64,000 nucleotides of DNA from Paragordius varius (lineage: Eukaryota; Animalia; Nematomorpha). The stretch covers positions 5,270,001 to 5,334,000 of the forward strand of contig OZ176053.1 of assembly GCA_964247055.1 (NCBI GenBank). The letters run 5' to 3'. Positions 12,211 to 24,899 of the stretch are shown here, in pieces (position 1 is the stretch's first letter; each line of letters starts with the position of its first letter). The position numbers were made by a program, and so were the translations under genes. Under the pieces are notes generated by a model. The model was not told the DNA's origin. It saw only the letters and a list, made by a program, of their open reading frames with translations, and made no database searches.

Positions 12211-15200
12211 TAAGGTGACCAGACGTCCCGCTTTTGGCGGGACAGTCCCGCTTTTTCACACTTTGTCCCGCCTCCCGCTACGTTTTAAAATGTCCCGCTT
12301 TTTCACGATTATATAAAAAAAATTTTTTTTGATACAAATAAATTTTTTTATCCGTTTAAATTTTAAATTAAAATTTTTTATTTTTATTTTAAAAATATTT
12401 ATTTTTTTTTCGAATTTATATCATATGATTATACACTTTGCTTCCTACTACTACTGTCATCATTATCAAAAGCCAAGTTAATACCACAAATCGGTAGCTT
12501 AAAAGACAAATTGATACCACAAATCGGTACCTTACAAGTTTATTCTAGAAAATTAAGGTAATATAATATTTATTATACTAATAGTTTATAAATATGAGCA
12601 CAAAAAGAGGTAAATTCAACGATGAATTAATGAAAGATTTTCCTTTAGCAAAAAGACGAAGAATGAATCATTTGTTAAATGTCTTATATGCGAGGGGGAA
12701 TTCACCCTAGCACATGGAAGCATGATACTACAAAGCATATGGAAACACAGAAACATAAAAAACGTTTAGATACGGCATCATCTCACAAAATGAGCGATTT
12801 TTTTCGAAAAACCGAATTTGGAGTCTTTTCACGCCGTTAATCACAATCATTCCTTAAGATCTATGGACTGTATCTAGGTTATTCGCACATTATTCCATAA
12901 AAAATTTACATGTGCTCGTATAAAGGCCAAAGCCATTGTGTGCAATGTCCTTTCGCCACATGCATTTTCTGAAATACAAAAAGATTTGCTGAAAATTAAT
13001 ATCTTATCCCTATACTCTGATGCATCTCACCATGAAGCAAAATTATTTCCCAAAATTTTAGATTTAATTTCTCTACCCAGTGAAAATTCCGAAATAATAT
13101 TTACATCAATAATGCATATTCTAGATAAAAATAATTTAAAAGACAAAATTATCGCATATTGCGCTGATAAACCAATACGAACTTGTGGAAAAGCAAGGAG
13201 GGGAACAAAAAATACTTTTCATAAATTAACAGATAATCTTAATCAGAACATTATTGGCGTTGGGTGTGCAGTGCATTTAATACACAACGCTATTCAAACA
13301 GCTGCTGATTTGTTACCCCTAGATGTGGAAAATGTAGTTGTTAAAATATATTCCTATTTTTATATATACACGGTAAGTGTTGAAACGATTAAAGAATTCT
13401 GTGAAAATGCAGAATATCAAAAAATGCTTGGATATTGTAAAACTCGTTGGTTAGCTTTTATGCCAGCTATCGAAGGTATTTTAAAAATGAATGATCCTTT
13501 AAAATTTTTTTTATCACGGGACAAATGTCCTTCAACTTTAAAAAAGTTTTTTGAAAGTGAATCTTCAAAAATATGGTTATTCTCACATAATCAAGCTTCT
13601 CTGTTTCAAAATGTTATTAATTTATAGAAGGTGAAAAATTTCGGCAATCGAAGTAGCCAATGAAGTTAGTAACCTAAAATTCCAATGTCAAGAACGGTTA
13701 GAAAATAATTTTATACCATTAATCATCCGTAATATAATAAATTTAGAAAAACAAGGAATAATAAATCGCCAGATATCCTGTACCATATAAAAATGTTTTA
13801 TACAAACTGTAAAGATCATTTGGAAGATTGGACGACGCAATTCAATAAAATGGATCGTTTTCATTGGATAACATTTAAATCAGAATTAATTGGTGCGATG
13901 TTCAAAAATCATTTGGTTATATCTGCTCCCAAAAATTCTCAAAAAGTAATCTCAGAAAATGATCCTTTTTTCTGAAGTATCATTAGTTAAAAGATATATT
14001 AATAATGAAAAACTTAAATTATGGACAAAAGAAAAATATACAGTAGAAAAGAAATGGTTGGAAATATTTCATCATTTTGAAGCCAACTATAATACATACA
14101 ATAATATTTTAAAAATTGTGGAATTCGCACTATCTTTTCCTGGAACCAACGCTGCTACTGAGCGCGTTTTTTTCCACAGTTGGAAAAATCAAATTTAAAT
14201 GTTGAAACTTTAAAGGCCGTCTTATCTGTCAAATATAATTTGACGAATTCTTGTATAGTTTGCTCAAAAAAATATACCAATGAATAAAATATTTTCTTAT
14301 AATTATAAAGTTTTTATGTTAAAAAATAAACAAAATTACTTAAAATATTGTATAAGTCTTCATAATTTGTCAAATTATATTTGAACACATAAAATGGTTT
14401 ATTCAACATTTAAATTTGATTTCGTGTCCTTACTTAATTTACTTTGGAAAAACGCGTTCAATAGCAGTGGTTCAGGTAAAGATAATGCAAATTTTATAAT
14501 TAAAATATTTTTGTATGGAACATAATTTGTTTAAAAATGATTACTTAACCATTTCTATCCTACGTATTTTTTTCTGTTGTCCATAATTTAAGTTTTCATT
14601 CAATATATTTATTTAATAATGAAACTCCATAAAAAGTGTCATTGTGCACCGTCTTGTCTTCCAAATAATCGTTTCTGTTTGTATAAAACATTTTTATATT
14701 CTGGCTATTCATTGAGCCTTGTTTTTCTGGATGTTTTATAATGCCATTAGGTAATGGTATAAAATTATTTTCTAACCTTTTTTGACTTGGAATTTTGACC
14801 TTTGTCCTGTGATAAAAAATAGGATTCTAGGAGATCACATTTTTATAAATATTTCAATCGCTGGCAAAAGAGCTAACCAACAGTTCTACAATATCCAAGC
14901 ATTTTAACATCTATATTTTCTACATCCAGGGTTAACAAATCAGTAGCTGTCTGAATAGCGTTGTGTATCTGCCAATAATGTTTAATTAAGATTATTCGCT
15001 AAATTGTGAAAATATTTTTTGTGCCGCTTCTTGCATCACCCAGCGCCCTTTGTGATGATTTCGTCTTTATTATTATTTTCTAGAATATTACAATCACTTT
15101 ACCCTTTGTTCGTGCACATGTAAATTTATTGAATATGGTACAAACAACCTGTAAGGTACAAATTTTTTTATTTTTATAATGTATTTGTGTTAAAAATAAA

Positions 15201-15304
15201 TAAATATTACAATAATTTTTTGTATAAAAATTTTTGGTTGTACCCCCATAATGACCCCCCTCAGATTTGTCCCGCTTTTTCCTTAAAAAAATCTGGTCAC
15301 CTTA
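12211..15304 (+). mobile_element. Decayed hAT transposon (Blackjack-like termini) with an internal inverted transposase fragment
   Basis: TIR taaggtgaccaga / tctggtcacctta; perfect 8-bp TSD CCTATACT at 12203-12210 and 15305-15312; subterminal gtcccg motifs. Frameshifted transposase at ~12594-14260 (GCAVHLIHNA, KTRWL, PGTNAATERVF). Confidence 0.93.
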
Positions 15305-15428
15305 CCTATACTACATATAAAAAATAGTTTTTTATTGCTGTGCTTATAAAGTTATCATTTTTCGGACACTTCTAAATTGAACAAGCTTTCTTAAAATAAA
15401 GGGGAAAGAACCAAGATTTCGCAATTAA

Positions 15429-16007
15429 CACTTGGATACAACACATTTATTTTAGTCCTTCGATGCAAATTGGGGTAGTTAAATACCCCAGACCTGTTAA
15501 AAATTAAATTCTTTAAAAATATGGAAGGAATCGAAATCATGGAAAAATCTGGCACTTATATAACATTAATAAACCGAAATATATAAAAAAATTTATTCAA
15601 AAATACTTGATATTACTTATTTTAACCTAAAACCGAAAGGTAAAAATTTACTCATCGTGACATGTGTGTAATGGTAAAATTGAAAAATAATGCAAAATAA
15701 ATCGCGTTTTCTATTTCTATCAATGCTAGATGTAATATAAATAAAAAATTAGCTTTAGTTTTACCCTTAAAATTAAATGACGATATTTTGCAAAAATTTT
15801 GTAAAATAAAAATGGCGGCGAATTAGTTTGACATGAAACTTTTTTTTTCATTACAAAATTTTATTTAGATATTTTGGCATATTTATATAATTCTTATTAG
15901 GATAGAAGCATAAATTTAAATTGGGACCGTTTCCTTCAGTAGTTTTATAAAAATCCTAGATCAAATTTTGTCTGGGGTATTTAGATACCCCAATTTGAAT
16001 CGAAGTG
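15429..16007. mobile_element. TTAA-flanked MITE family A, full-length copy
   Basis: TTAA|cacttggatacaa ... ttgaatcgaagtg|TTAA; imperfect TIR; highly similar to 2759-3285. Confidence 0.85.
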
Positions 16008-17263
16008 TTAATAAATATATAAATTTTGACATCTAAAAATTTTTGAATGCAAAAATTGCTTAACATTTAATGGCCTTTTCCTTTTTTGTATGCGAGGACA
16101 TTTTGGGGACGTTTTTTAACCCAGATCTTATTGTAGAAAACAAACTACTATTTTAAAAGTTGTTTTGGTTAAAATTTAATTATCATACCCTTTTCTCCTG
16201 TAAAGAAAATTGGAATTACAGTTTTTTAAATTCCCATATTTCTCCAAAACACGGTAGAGCAAGCTAATATTAAAATCAATAAATATCAAAATTCGCCGGT
16301 AAATTGTAATACAAAAGCTTTCCAAAGTTATATAATTTTTCCATAATATACATTTGTTTAACTGTTGTATTAACCATTTTAGAAAAGGATTTCTTTACAA
16401 TTTATGCTTTAAATTTTTTTTATTTATTTTCCTAAGGCTGAAAAAGATTTTTCTGGTCCAATGCTATAAATATTTTTTTAGATATTTAAACTCTGGAGTC
16501 TAAAACCATACCAAAAGGCCATGAAACATTATAAATTTATATCTAAATTTAGTGAAGTGAGTTTAGTATTTTGAAGCATTGTGGTAACGGTAGGAAATAA
16601 TATATTTTAAATTTATATTTAACATAAATTTGAAGAAGGACAAAACTTTTAATCAAAATTCTAGGGTGATAAAATTGTTAATGTAATAGTGTTTCTTAAA
16701 TATACCATTTCCCAGTCTAAATAAACGTTTTCCCAGTCAATCGAAACGTTTTCCCAGTCAAAAACGTTTGCCCAGTCAATCGAAACGTTTGCCCAGTCAA
16801 GAAACGTTTTCCCAGTCAATCGAAACATTTTTCAATCAAAACGTTTTCCTAATCAATAAAAACGTTTTCCCAGTCAATAAAACGGTTTAATTTTTGATCA
16901 TAAATATCAAAACAAGATATAAAAATAACTTTTAACCGTTATCAGCGTAATATTAGGATATTGTTTTTTATAAAAACACAATAATTGGATGACAATTTTT
17001 CCCATTATATTCTAATGCACAATCATTAATGATTTATTCTTTAAAAGCTATATTTTTTGGAATTTGAGATATTTTTAAGATAATTTTTTATCTCATCGAT
17101 GATTCGCATTAATTTTGGGGTTAACTTATAAGGTCTATAGTTACAGATGAAATAATAAAATTTGTAAAAATCTATTAATTTTATCTCAAAGATCATTTAA
17201 CACTTCATATTGGATCGTAAACATAAATTTTACCCTAATTTATATAATATTTACCATTTGGTC

Positions 17264-17560
17264 CAGCGGTGGCCAAACGCAGCCCTCCGAGTTTCTTTGT
17301 GCGGCCCGCGAAAAATGGAAGTCGATATGCAAAAATATGCCCACAAAATAGTAAAATATTTATTTCTTACGCAATTATTCTGAATGAGTCTATTAAATTG
17401 GCAACGAATTGAAAAAATTGTTAGATTGTGTTCGTATTTTACAGTCTTGTGTCTAAAATCGAATAAATTATTTATGAATGCCCGTATATATTTCGAAACG
17501 GAACGCCGTGCTTTTTGAGTTAAAAATCCGGCCCGCGAGGCCATTGTGGTAGAATATACT
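17264..17560. mobile_element. hAT-like MITE fragment
   Basis: Starts cagcggtggccaaac with gcggcccgcg motifs typical of hAT ends, and resembles 52230-52513. Second end and TSD were not found. Confidence 0.45.
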
Positions 17561-17759
17561 TTTTTATAAAATATTTTTAAAGCAAAAACAATTTTATCTA
17601 AAAACATGTTTTCTTTAGATATTTTTTCCCACAGTATTTTCATCCACAATTCAATATGATTAAGATCCAATTTGAAGCGTTAGATGATCTAGGTATTATT
17701 GGTTTGGCCCAATTATTGGGATTCCATGGATTAATTTACGATATATATATCTCTATCAT

Positions 17760-18870
17760 TTGTTGCGTTTCGAGGTATGTTCAGGAGTTTAAAATCTTTA
17801 TGATTTGAGTCCGAGTTGTTTTTGGCCTCCTTTTTCGGTTAGGGGCAGGGATTTGTAAATCAAGATTTTCTTTTGCAGGTGAGTCTATACTGGATCTGTC
17901 TATGTGTCCAAAATACCGAAGTCTATTTGTTCTGATAAAAGCTGTTATTGGTTCCAGTTCATTTATGGTAGATTTTATCATCATATATTTTAGCATTTTG
18001 AAGGCGTGATGGTATAGTAAGTAGGGCGCCGGACTCTAACTCTGGGTGACAGAGTTCGAACCCCGAAACTACGCATTTTTTCCAACATCACTGTCAGCCC
18101 TGGGCAGGCGAGTGTTAAAGCTTTCACATGTCCAGATACAATTTAAGTCCTTACCCTTTAATAAAAAAAGGAAAAAAAGAGACTCTAATCTGTATATTTG
18201 TGCATTTTGTCTTCCGTTCTTTTCAATCTCGATTCTTTTTGTGATTGCCCAGGTTTCGCAGGCGTAGGTTAGGGTAGGGCGGACATCCAATTTATACATT
18301 TTGATTTTATTTTTACAGTTATGTCTTTATGTGTTAATACATATTTGAGTTGGTTAAATTTTGCGCAGCCGAGTTTGATTCTATGTGATATGGTTGTTTG
18401 AGGGTCCCCATATTATTAATATTAACTAATAGGTGAAATCGTTGAAGATTTCGAACCTAGAATTTTCTATAATAAACTCCCTTGATTTAGGGATGTTTGG
18501 TTTCCCTGATATACAGCTTTGGCATTTAAAATTTTTATTGTCAATTAATTTTCCTTTCAGGTTAGTGCATTTTTTGTGGACCTACATTTTACAAGATGTA
18601 CATAAAATGGAATTTGTTTTAACCTCTTTGTAGCAAATAGAGCAGGGATATTTTATGGTTCCTTTTTCATCTCCTGTGATACTTACCTTTGTCTTTTCTA
18701 TATTTATTTTTAGACCAGGTTTTTGGAACCAGGTATGCCATTTGAGGTATGAACTTTTAAGTTCATGTGCTGTTTTTTCTGTTATAACCAAATCATCGAA
18801 GTACAGCATGTTCCGTGGTGGAACAGCTGCAATGTGTCTGCTTATATAATCCATTATAATATGAACAGTA
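17760..18870 (-). mobile_element. Decayed RTE-type non-LTR retrotransposon 3' fragment
   Basis: RT tail (MLYFDDLV...GLKINIEKTKV), Cys cluster (YPCSICYKEVKTNSILCTSC), then VRPTLTYACETW and RLRYFGHIDR, in the correct order but frameshifted. Confidence 0.8.
18003..18180 (+). mobile_element. tRNA-derived SINE-like insertion or tRNA pseudogene (head 18004-18075, apparent anticodon CTA)
   Basis: Box A-like TGGTATAGTAAG and box B-like GAGTTCGAACC; acceptor GCGTGAT/ACTACGC; anticodon stem CCGGA/TCTGG around loop CTCTAAC; poorly paired T-stem; A-rich tail at ~18160-18180. It sits antisense inside the RTE fragment. Confidence 0.65.
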
Positions 18871-20498
18871 GTGGTCTTAGAGTTGAGCCCTGATGGAGGC
18901 CTATATTAATATTAAAATACGTTGTGTTTCCGACTGGAGTTTTATTTAAAATTTTATAATTTCATCCTTAAATTCTATAAATTAGCATCGAATATTAATG
19001 CGAACCATCGATGAGATAAAAAATATTATCTTAAAAATATCTCAAATTTCAAAAATATAGCTTTTAAAGAATAAATCATTAATGATTGTGCATTAGAATA
19101 TAATAGGAAAAGTTGTCATTCAATTATTGTGTTTTCATAAAAAACAATATCCTAATATTACGCTGATAATGGTTAAAAGTTATTTTTATATCTTGTTTTG
19201 ATATTTATCATCAAATATTAAACCGTTTTTATTGACCGGGAAAACGTTTTTATTGATTGGGAAAATGTTTTTATTGACTGGGAAAATGTTTTTATTTACT
19301 GGGAAAACGTTTCGATTGACTGGGAAAACGTTTATTTGACTGGGAAATGGTATATTTATGCAAAAGACATAAATAAAAAACACGTGGATACATTAAAAAT
19401 TTTATATTTATTCAATATGAATAATTATTCGAATATTTTATTGTATGAAGTAAGGTAGGTAATTATAATTAATATCTGAGAACCATTCCAATAGAACTGA
19501 TTACAAATTCTTCTTTCACCCCATAAATGGAATAAACACTTCTTGTTACGAGAATTTTAGCCAAACTCTTCGAAATTCGCTTTGACCGTGCGCTCCTCTC
19601 ACTAAACCAGACCTTAAAAAAGGTTCCGTTATGCTTTGCGCAAGCATAAATTAAAAATAAATCGATATTTAAATGAATGGGGTTTGTTTCTGAGTTATTT
19701 GATCCAAATATAATTATTGAGTTAAAGAATTTTATACTTATTGGCCTATGCACTACATATGAGTTATGAGGTGTATTTGTTTTAAATTAATATATTCTCA
19801 ACATGTAGCCAATGTTTAAGCTACAAATTAAAATATACAATATAACTACAATATTTATTTATAATTAAAATGTAATTAGTTTATATTTAAATTTTATTTT
19901 TTACTTTTGAAAATTACTAGTAGTAATCGAAAATTCACCCCAATAAATTCATATAATTTTAGCTGTATTATAATTGCAATAATATTAATTATAATTATAT
20001 GAAATATGATACCCTACCATTTTGAAATGACAACAATTTCCGATATATATATATATATATATATATATATCTATGAAGGTTAAAAATTGCTTTAGTTTTA
20101 ACTATATTTTCTATAAAATTTTAAAGGGTTAAAGAAAAGGAGGTCTAATTCATAAAATTTATTATAGTATGTCAAAACTGTCATTATTTCTTATAAATAT
20201 TTGCATTTTGCTTATCTTTATAGCTCATTAATATATAGATTGCCAAAGTTTATCAATATAGGAAATGTTAAAATTTTATTTTTGAATAATGGTTATATTA
20301 GCCATATTTATCGCATAATTGTATCCAAAATTTATTAATATTATTTTATTAAATTTTAGAGGCGAGTTTTTTCCTCTGTAACTATACAATTTTTGTAAAA
20401 AATATAAATATATAAATGGTTGATAATAAATAGTTTTCTATACAAAAATAAACAATTATTTCTATATATATACAACATTTCTTGTCTAAAGATATTTT

Positions 20499-22843
20499 TT
20501 AATGCTGATCCTCAAAGGCACAAAGTGAACATCCCGGACTCTTTAAAACACCTTTGGGTGCTTTTTGGTAGCGACCTCGGATTATTATTTCCTCATCCTT
20601 ACGATTTATAATGAAATAAAGGAAAGGTTTGAATACGGTAACCCCGTTCGGAATGTTAAAATATTCGGGTTCTTCTGTAACAGTTCGATTAGTCCAAACA
20701 TGGCTGACTTGCAATAGATGGCTTAATTGAACGGATGGGATATTGTCATACAATGCATCTAAGCTTCTATTTTTGTTAAAGTTAAAAACATCAATTATAT
20801 ATGAATAAAGATTAAAATTTTATTCTTCTCTTAATGAGTATAGTATTATAAAATATAAATATTTAGACCTACACTCAAATCTTTTTTTGTGCGGTTATTA
20901 TGGCAATAACATTTGTTTTTAATGATTTTCCATATAATCAAGTATATTAAAACGTTTTTTAAACATATAATTGCTTAAATTGCCAAATATTAGGAATTCG
21001 TCAACTTGCTTTATCCGCATAAAAATAATAAATATTGATTGATAAAATACAAAAACAATTGCTAACATTTTTTACAGATATTTTCGCCACCTTTGCAAAA
21101 AACCGGTAACGCCTATCAAGATTTTTGTGATCAAGTCAGTAACCACCTTTAAACATTGGACAGTTTTATACTAGGATTATGCATATGAAAGATTATATTA
21201 TGAAATTATTTCATTCAAAGAAATCTTTTGGACATAATGCTAAGCTAACATATAAGCGTTAACAAAAATGCGTTAGGTTTTTTAATTGTATATATCTCAT
21301 CCTTTAACATCATTCTATGAATAAAAACAACTAATTTGATTAAAAATACAAAATAACAATAATAATAATATAAATAGTTGGCTAGAAATTTAGAGCTTTA
21401 AATTTTTAATTTATATGGATAGGTAATGTTAATAAAGATATAAATTAATAATCCGCCCTAATAAAAATATCATCCGCAAATACTATTTTTCTGTTTATTT
21501 AGAAGATGATCTGGTCATACTATTTCATAGTCACGTTTCCGCTCATCACCAACAACCAGGCTATTAACACATCAACATAGCCCTAGTTTTGCGCCGTTTT
21601 ACTCATGACGGAAATATTTGCGCAAATTTTTCCTACAAGAATATGATTTTGCATTGTACTGAAAGATAATAGTTGGCGATGTTTTTTAATATAAATACAT
21701 TTTTTTAAAAAATCTATTATGTCCTGTCCCGTTAACAAAAAGTTTGAATTTTTTAATCCATACAATAAAAAATATGAAAATTAATACTAACTTTAAACAA
21801 TTTTCCAGCCTTTTCCCGAAAATCTTATATGTGTTGTGGATTGATAGCGTATTGATGTCTGGCATACTAAAATTTACTGAATTCGATGGTGGCCGCAAGT
21901 TTCTATACATATTAATGATATCATTGGGGTTTCCCTTGACCAATAAATCTAATTGATTCATAAGAAAATCGTAATTTGGTATGTTTGGAAAGTTGTTGGA
22001 ATCTACTGGGACTATGATAACAAAGTCGTGTGTTTTACAACTCAACGTTTTTGCATACATATTAACATTTATGCGAGTGGTATTAAATTGCCCAGTTCTG
22101 ATATCTGAATTGAGTTCTGTCAAAACTAAATATTCAACTTTGGTGTCAAATTCTTTATCACCCAACAATCTAAATATTAAAAAAAAAATCAGAAAAAATC
22201 TTGAGATACATTCCAATCTATTTACGATTTAGTATTTATTTTTATCCTGCATAAAATCATAGCGAAAAGTGTAGAAAATATTTCGTTTGTTCGAAAATTC
22301 GGAAATTCGTTATTCATAATAAACTTACTGATCGAACGGTTTTGCGAACGTTATTGGAATTCGGTTTACTTTAATCTCAATCGTTTGTGCGTTGGATGAT
22401 ATACGTTCAGGGATTAACGTGACATTAGCTATTGCACTTTCATTGAGTTTGGGGAGGCTTGTTGTAAAATTAACATATTGAATTCCGGAGAAAAATAATA
22501 CCTGGTTGCTTAGTATTGCATCTTGAATACCAGGCCTTAGCGTTTTATCTTCAAATTTACTATAAAACAAATTTTGTGATTTAATGAAGTTTGGTAAACT
22601 GCCATAAGCGAAATTCAGCGAGGAATTGGCAATAGCGCAGTGTTGTTTTTTGGCATAATTAATTAGTTGGGTTTGTTGATAAAAACTATCCAAAACAAAT
22701 ACGTAATTCCCTGTTTTATTGACGTTATTCGTGAATGCAATATCATTACTTATTCGTAAATCTGGGACCAAATCTGCCAAAATATTAAAATGATCTATCT
22801 CATTTATAATGATGAGCAGAAAAAATGATATTTCAATTAACAT
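20499..22843 (-). CDS. Divergent secreted serpin, paralogue 1 (exons ~22843-22329, 22169-21792, 20766-20499)
   Basis: Signal-like MLIEISFFLLIII. Serpin landmarks occur in order: NYVFVLDSF, SQNLFYSK, IEIKVNRIPITFAKPFD, HDFVIIVP, VNFSMP, VQLSHLLQVSHVWT, FKPFLYFIINRKDEEIIIRGRY. Intron positions and phases match paralogue 2. Confidence 0.8.
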
Positions 22844-23315
22844 GATATAATATTCTTTTTTTAAATAAATTTTGACAAAATTAAATATATTAAGTTTAGT
22901 GCCATGCATGTTTACGATAAACATATCGTACGAAAGCAAATATTTGTTTGAGCTCACTCCAATTGTTTCTTCTTTTTGAAATTTGCATCAATTAACCAAA
23001 ACAACCATATAACAACTTATTTAGTCTTTTGAACATTTTTGACTGAACCAATTATTTAAGTGATTTAGATATTTAAACATTGAAATTATAAGTGATTTTT
23101 TAAAAAATAAACAATTAATAGTATTTAATGTACCCCTCGAAGCAATATAAAGGTGTTTTAAAACGATATAATATTTTCGATTTGGATGATTTTTTGATAT
23201 ATTCTGGAATTAAATGAAAACTGATGTAGGTGATATATAAATAATGGTATTTTTGGATATTATATTTGCATTTTAACCCAATGAGTTGATAACTAATCTT
23301 TTTCTGAAAAAACAG

Positions 23316-24082
23316 TATACCATTTACACTTCAAGAGTGTCCTTGAACAATTCAAGTTGGTCCTTGAACAATTCAAGTTGGTCCTTGAACAGTTCAAGTT
23401 GGTCCTTGAACAATTCAAGTTGGTCCTTGAACAAAAGTTGGTCCTTGAACAGTTCAAGTTGGTCCTTGAACAGTTCAAGTTGGTCCTTAAAATTTATAAA
23501 TTTTGATTTAACCATAATTTTTGCATTTATTTTTTTATTTAATTATTTATAAACCTAATTTTCTTTATTTAATATATATTTATTCATTTAAAAATAAAAA
23601 ATTTTATTGAAAAACCTTTTTTTTTGTTTCAAACTATTTTTTTTCAATTGAAAAAATTTTTGACTTTTAAATGTTTTTAATGAAAAATTTTAATTAATAA
23701 CCTAGAAAACTTATATATTTTTTCATTTCGTGATAAAATCTTATAAATATCCAAAATTATTTTAAAAAATTAATAAAGATATACGGTTTTTCAAATGATA
23801 TCGATTAAAAATTTATGTTAAATAATAGAAAAAAGGTTAAAAACAATAAAATAGACGAATTATTTTCGATTTGATTGATAAAAGTTAAAAACAAAACAAA
23901 AAAGTTAAAGGACCAACTTGAATTGTTCAAGGACCAACTTGAATTGTTCAAGGACCAACTTGAACTGTTGAAGGACCAACTTGAACTGTTGAAGGACCAA
24001 CTTGAATTGTTCAAGGACCAACTTGAATTGTTCAAGGACCAACTTGAAGTGTTCAAGGACACTCTTGAAGTGTAAATGGTAT
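23316..24082. mobile_element. Foldback-like element, family C: arms of tandem 21-mers (ttgaacaattcaagttggtcc)
   Basis: Termini TATACCATTTACACTTCAAGAGTGTCC / GGACACTCTTGAAGTGTAAATGGTATA; about seven 21-mers per arm. The AT-rich core matches 50511-51120 in opposite orientation. Confidence 0.9.
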
Positions 24083-24178
24083 AACAAGAACCATTATTTT
24101 AGGTCATATTGGAATTTTAATTGGGTAAAAGGGTTTTAAATTGGTTAGCATGTAGAAGTTTTTTAGTTACATATTTAA

Positions 24179-24526
24179 CACTTGATTACTTTTTCACTTT
24201 TTTGTCCTAGTTTACTTTTGGGGTGGTTTTATATCTAGAGCTCCATTTTGTAAATGAACTGCAGTTTTGAAAGTTTTTTTAGTTAAAACTTAATTATCAA
24301 ATATTGTTGTCATGCATTGGATGAAATAGCTTTTAACTTTTTACAGTTTTGGGACTTCTAGAGTCTAAAATTGGGACAGTTCCAAAAACGATTGAAACAA
24401 ACAGCTGATATTAAATTAAACGGTTCAAAGGCTTAAGAAATCATATTTGTAAATTCGGCCTATACTTTTTAAGAAACAAATTAAATCCCTCTGGGATCTA
24501 AAAGTACCCCAAATGGTAATGGAGTG
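24179..24526. mobile_element. TTAA-flanked MITE family A2
   Basis: TTAA|cacttgattac ... gtaatggagtg|TTAA; related inverted copies at ~7780-8056 and ~45330-45617. Confidence 0.75.
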
Positions 24527-24899
24527 TTAATTGATATTTTGAAAAATACATTCGAGCTAGAATTAGTTCGCAATGATTTATAATGCTAGCGATATTTTTT
24601 CAGCAAGTTTTACACATAAAATTAAAGTTATTTTCACGAAATATGTATACAAATGATGTGAATATCGTCGTTGTCTAAGTTAAAATAATGATTGCTTCGA
24701 TTTTCGCAAAAGTCATTGTCAGGAGATTCAATCAATTAAAAAAAGAAATATTAAATCAAACCAATTTGTTAACAAAATAGATATTTTTATGTGATATTAC
24801 AATTTTGAACCATCCATATTTTACGAATCTGCTTAACGAAACGAGTGGTTTTAATATTTAAGTTTAAATGTCTTTAACTTTTCCTTTTTAATTAGATTT

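Larger units (their letters stand above)
16701..19354. mobile_element. Foldback-like element, family D: ~400-bp inverted arms with 21-bp repeats (aaacgttttcccagtcaatcg) and ~1.9 kb of nested sequence
   Basis: The left arm (16701-~17115) is the reverse complement of the right arm (~18990-19354). Termini TATACCATTTCCCAG / CTGGGAAATGGTATA. Confidence 0.85.

Noticed and set aside
17251-17670. 139-aa ORF
   Set aside because: It lies across a hAT-like MITE fragment and has no recognisable motif.
18004-18075. Functional amber-suppressor tRNA or genetic code reassignment
   Set aside because: The T-arm is defective, the context is SINE-like, and no in-frame TAG was needed in any reconstructed gene. 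It is kept only as a low-interest finding.
21603-21632. 30-nt microexon in serpin 1
   Set aside because: It is frame-compatible, but direct splicing is also in frame and matches paralogue 2, which shows no counterpart.
23316-24082. Regular 21-bp repeats as a CRISPR array
   Set aside because: The repeats are contiguous with no unique spacers, form inverted arms of a mobile element, and lie in a eukaryotic context with no cas genes.
23286-24087. Heptad-repeat ORFs (KDQLELF, SLNNSSW, CSRTNLN, LEQFKLV) as coiled-coil proteins
   Set aside because: They are translations of the 21-bp repeat, open in several frames on both strands, and not conserved as ORFs in the second copy at 50511-51120.
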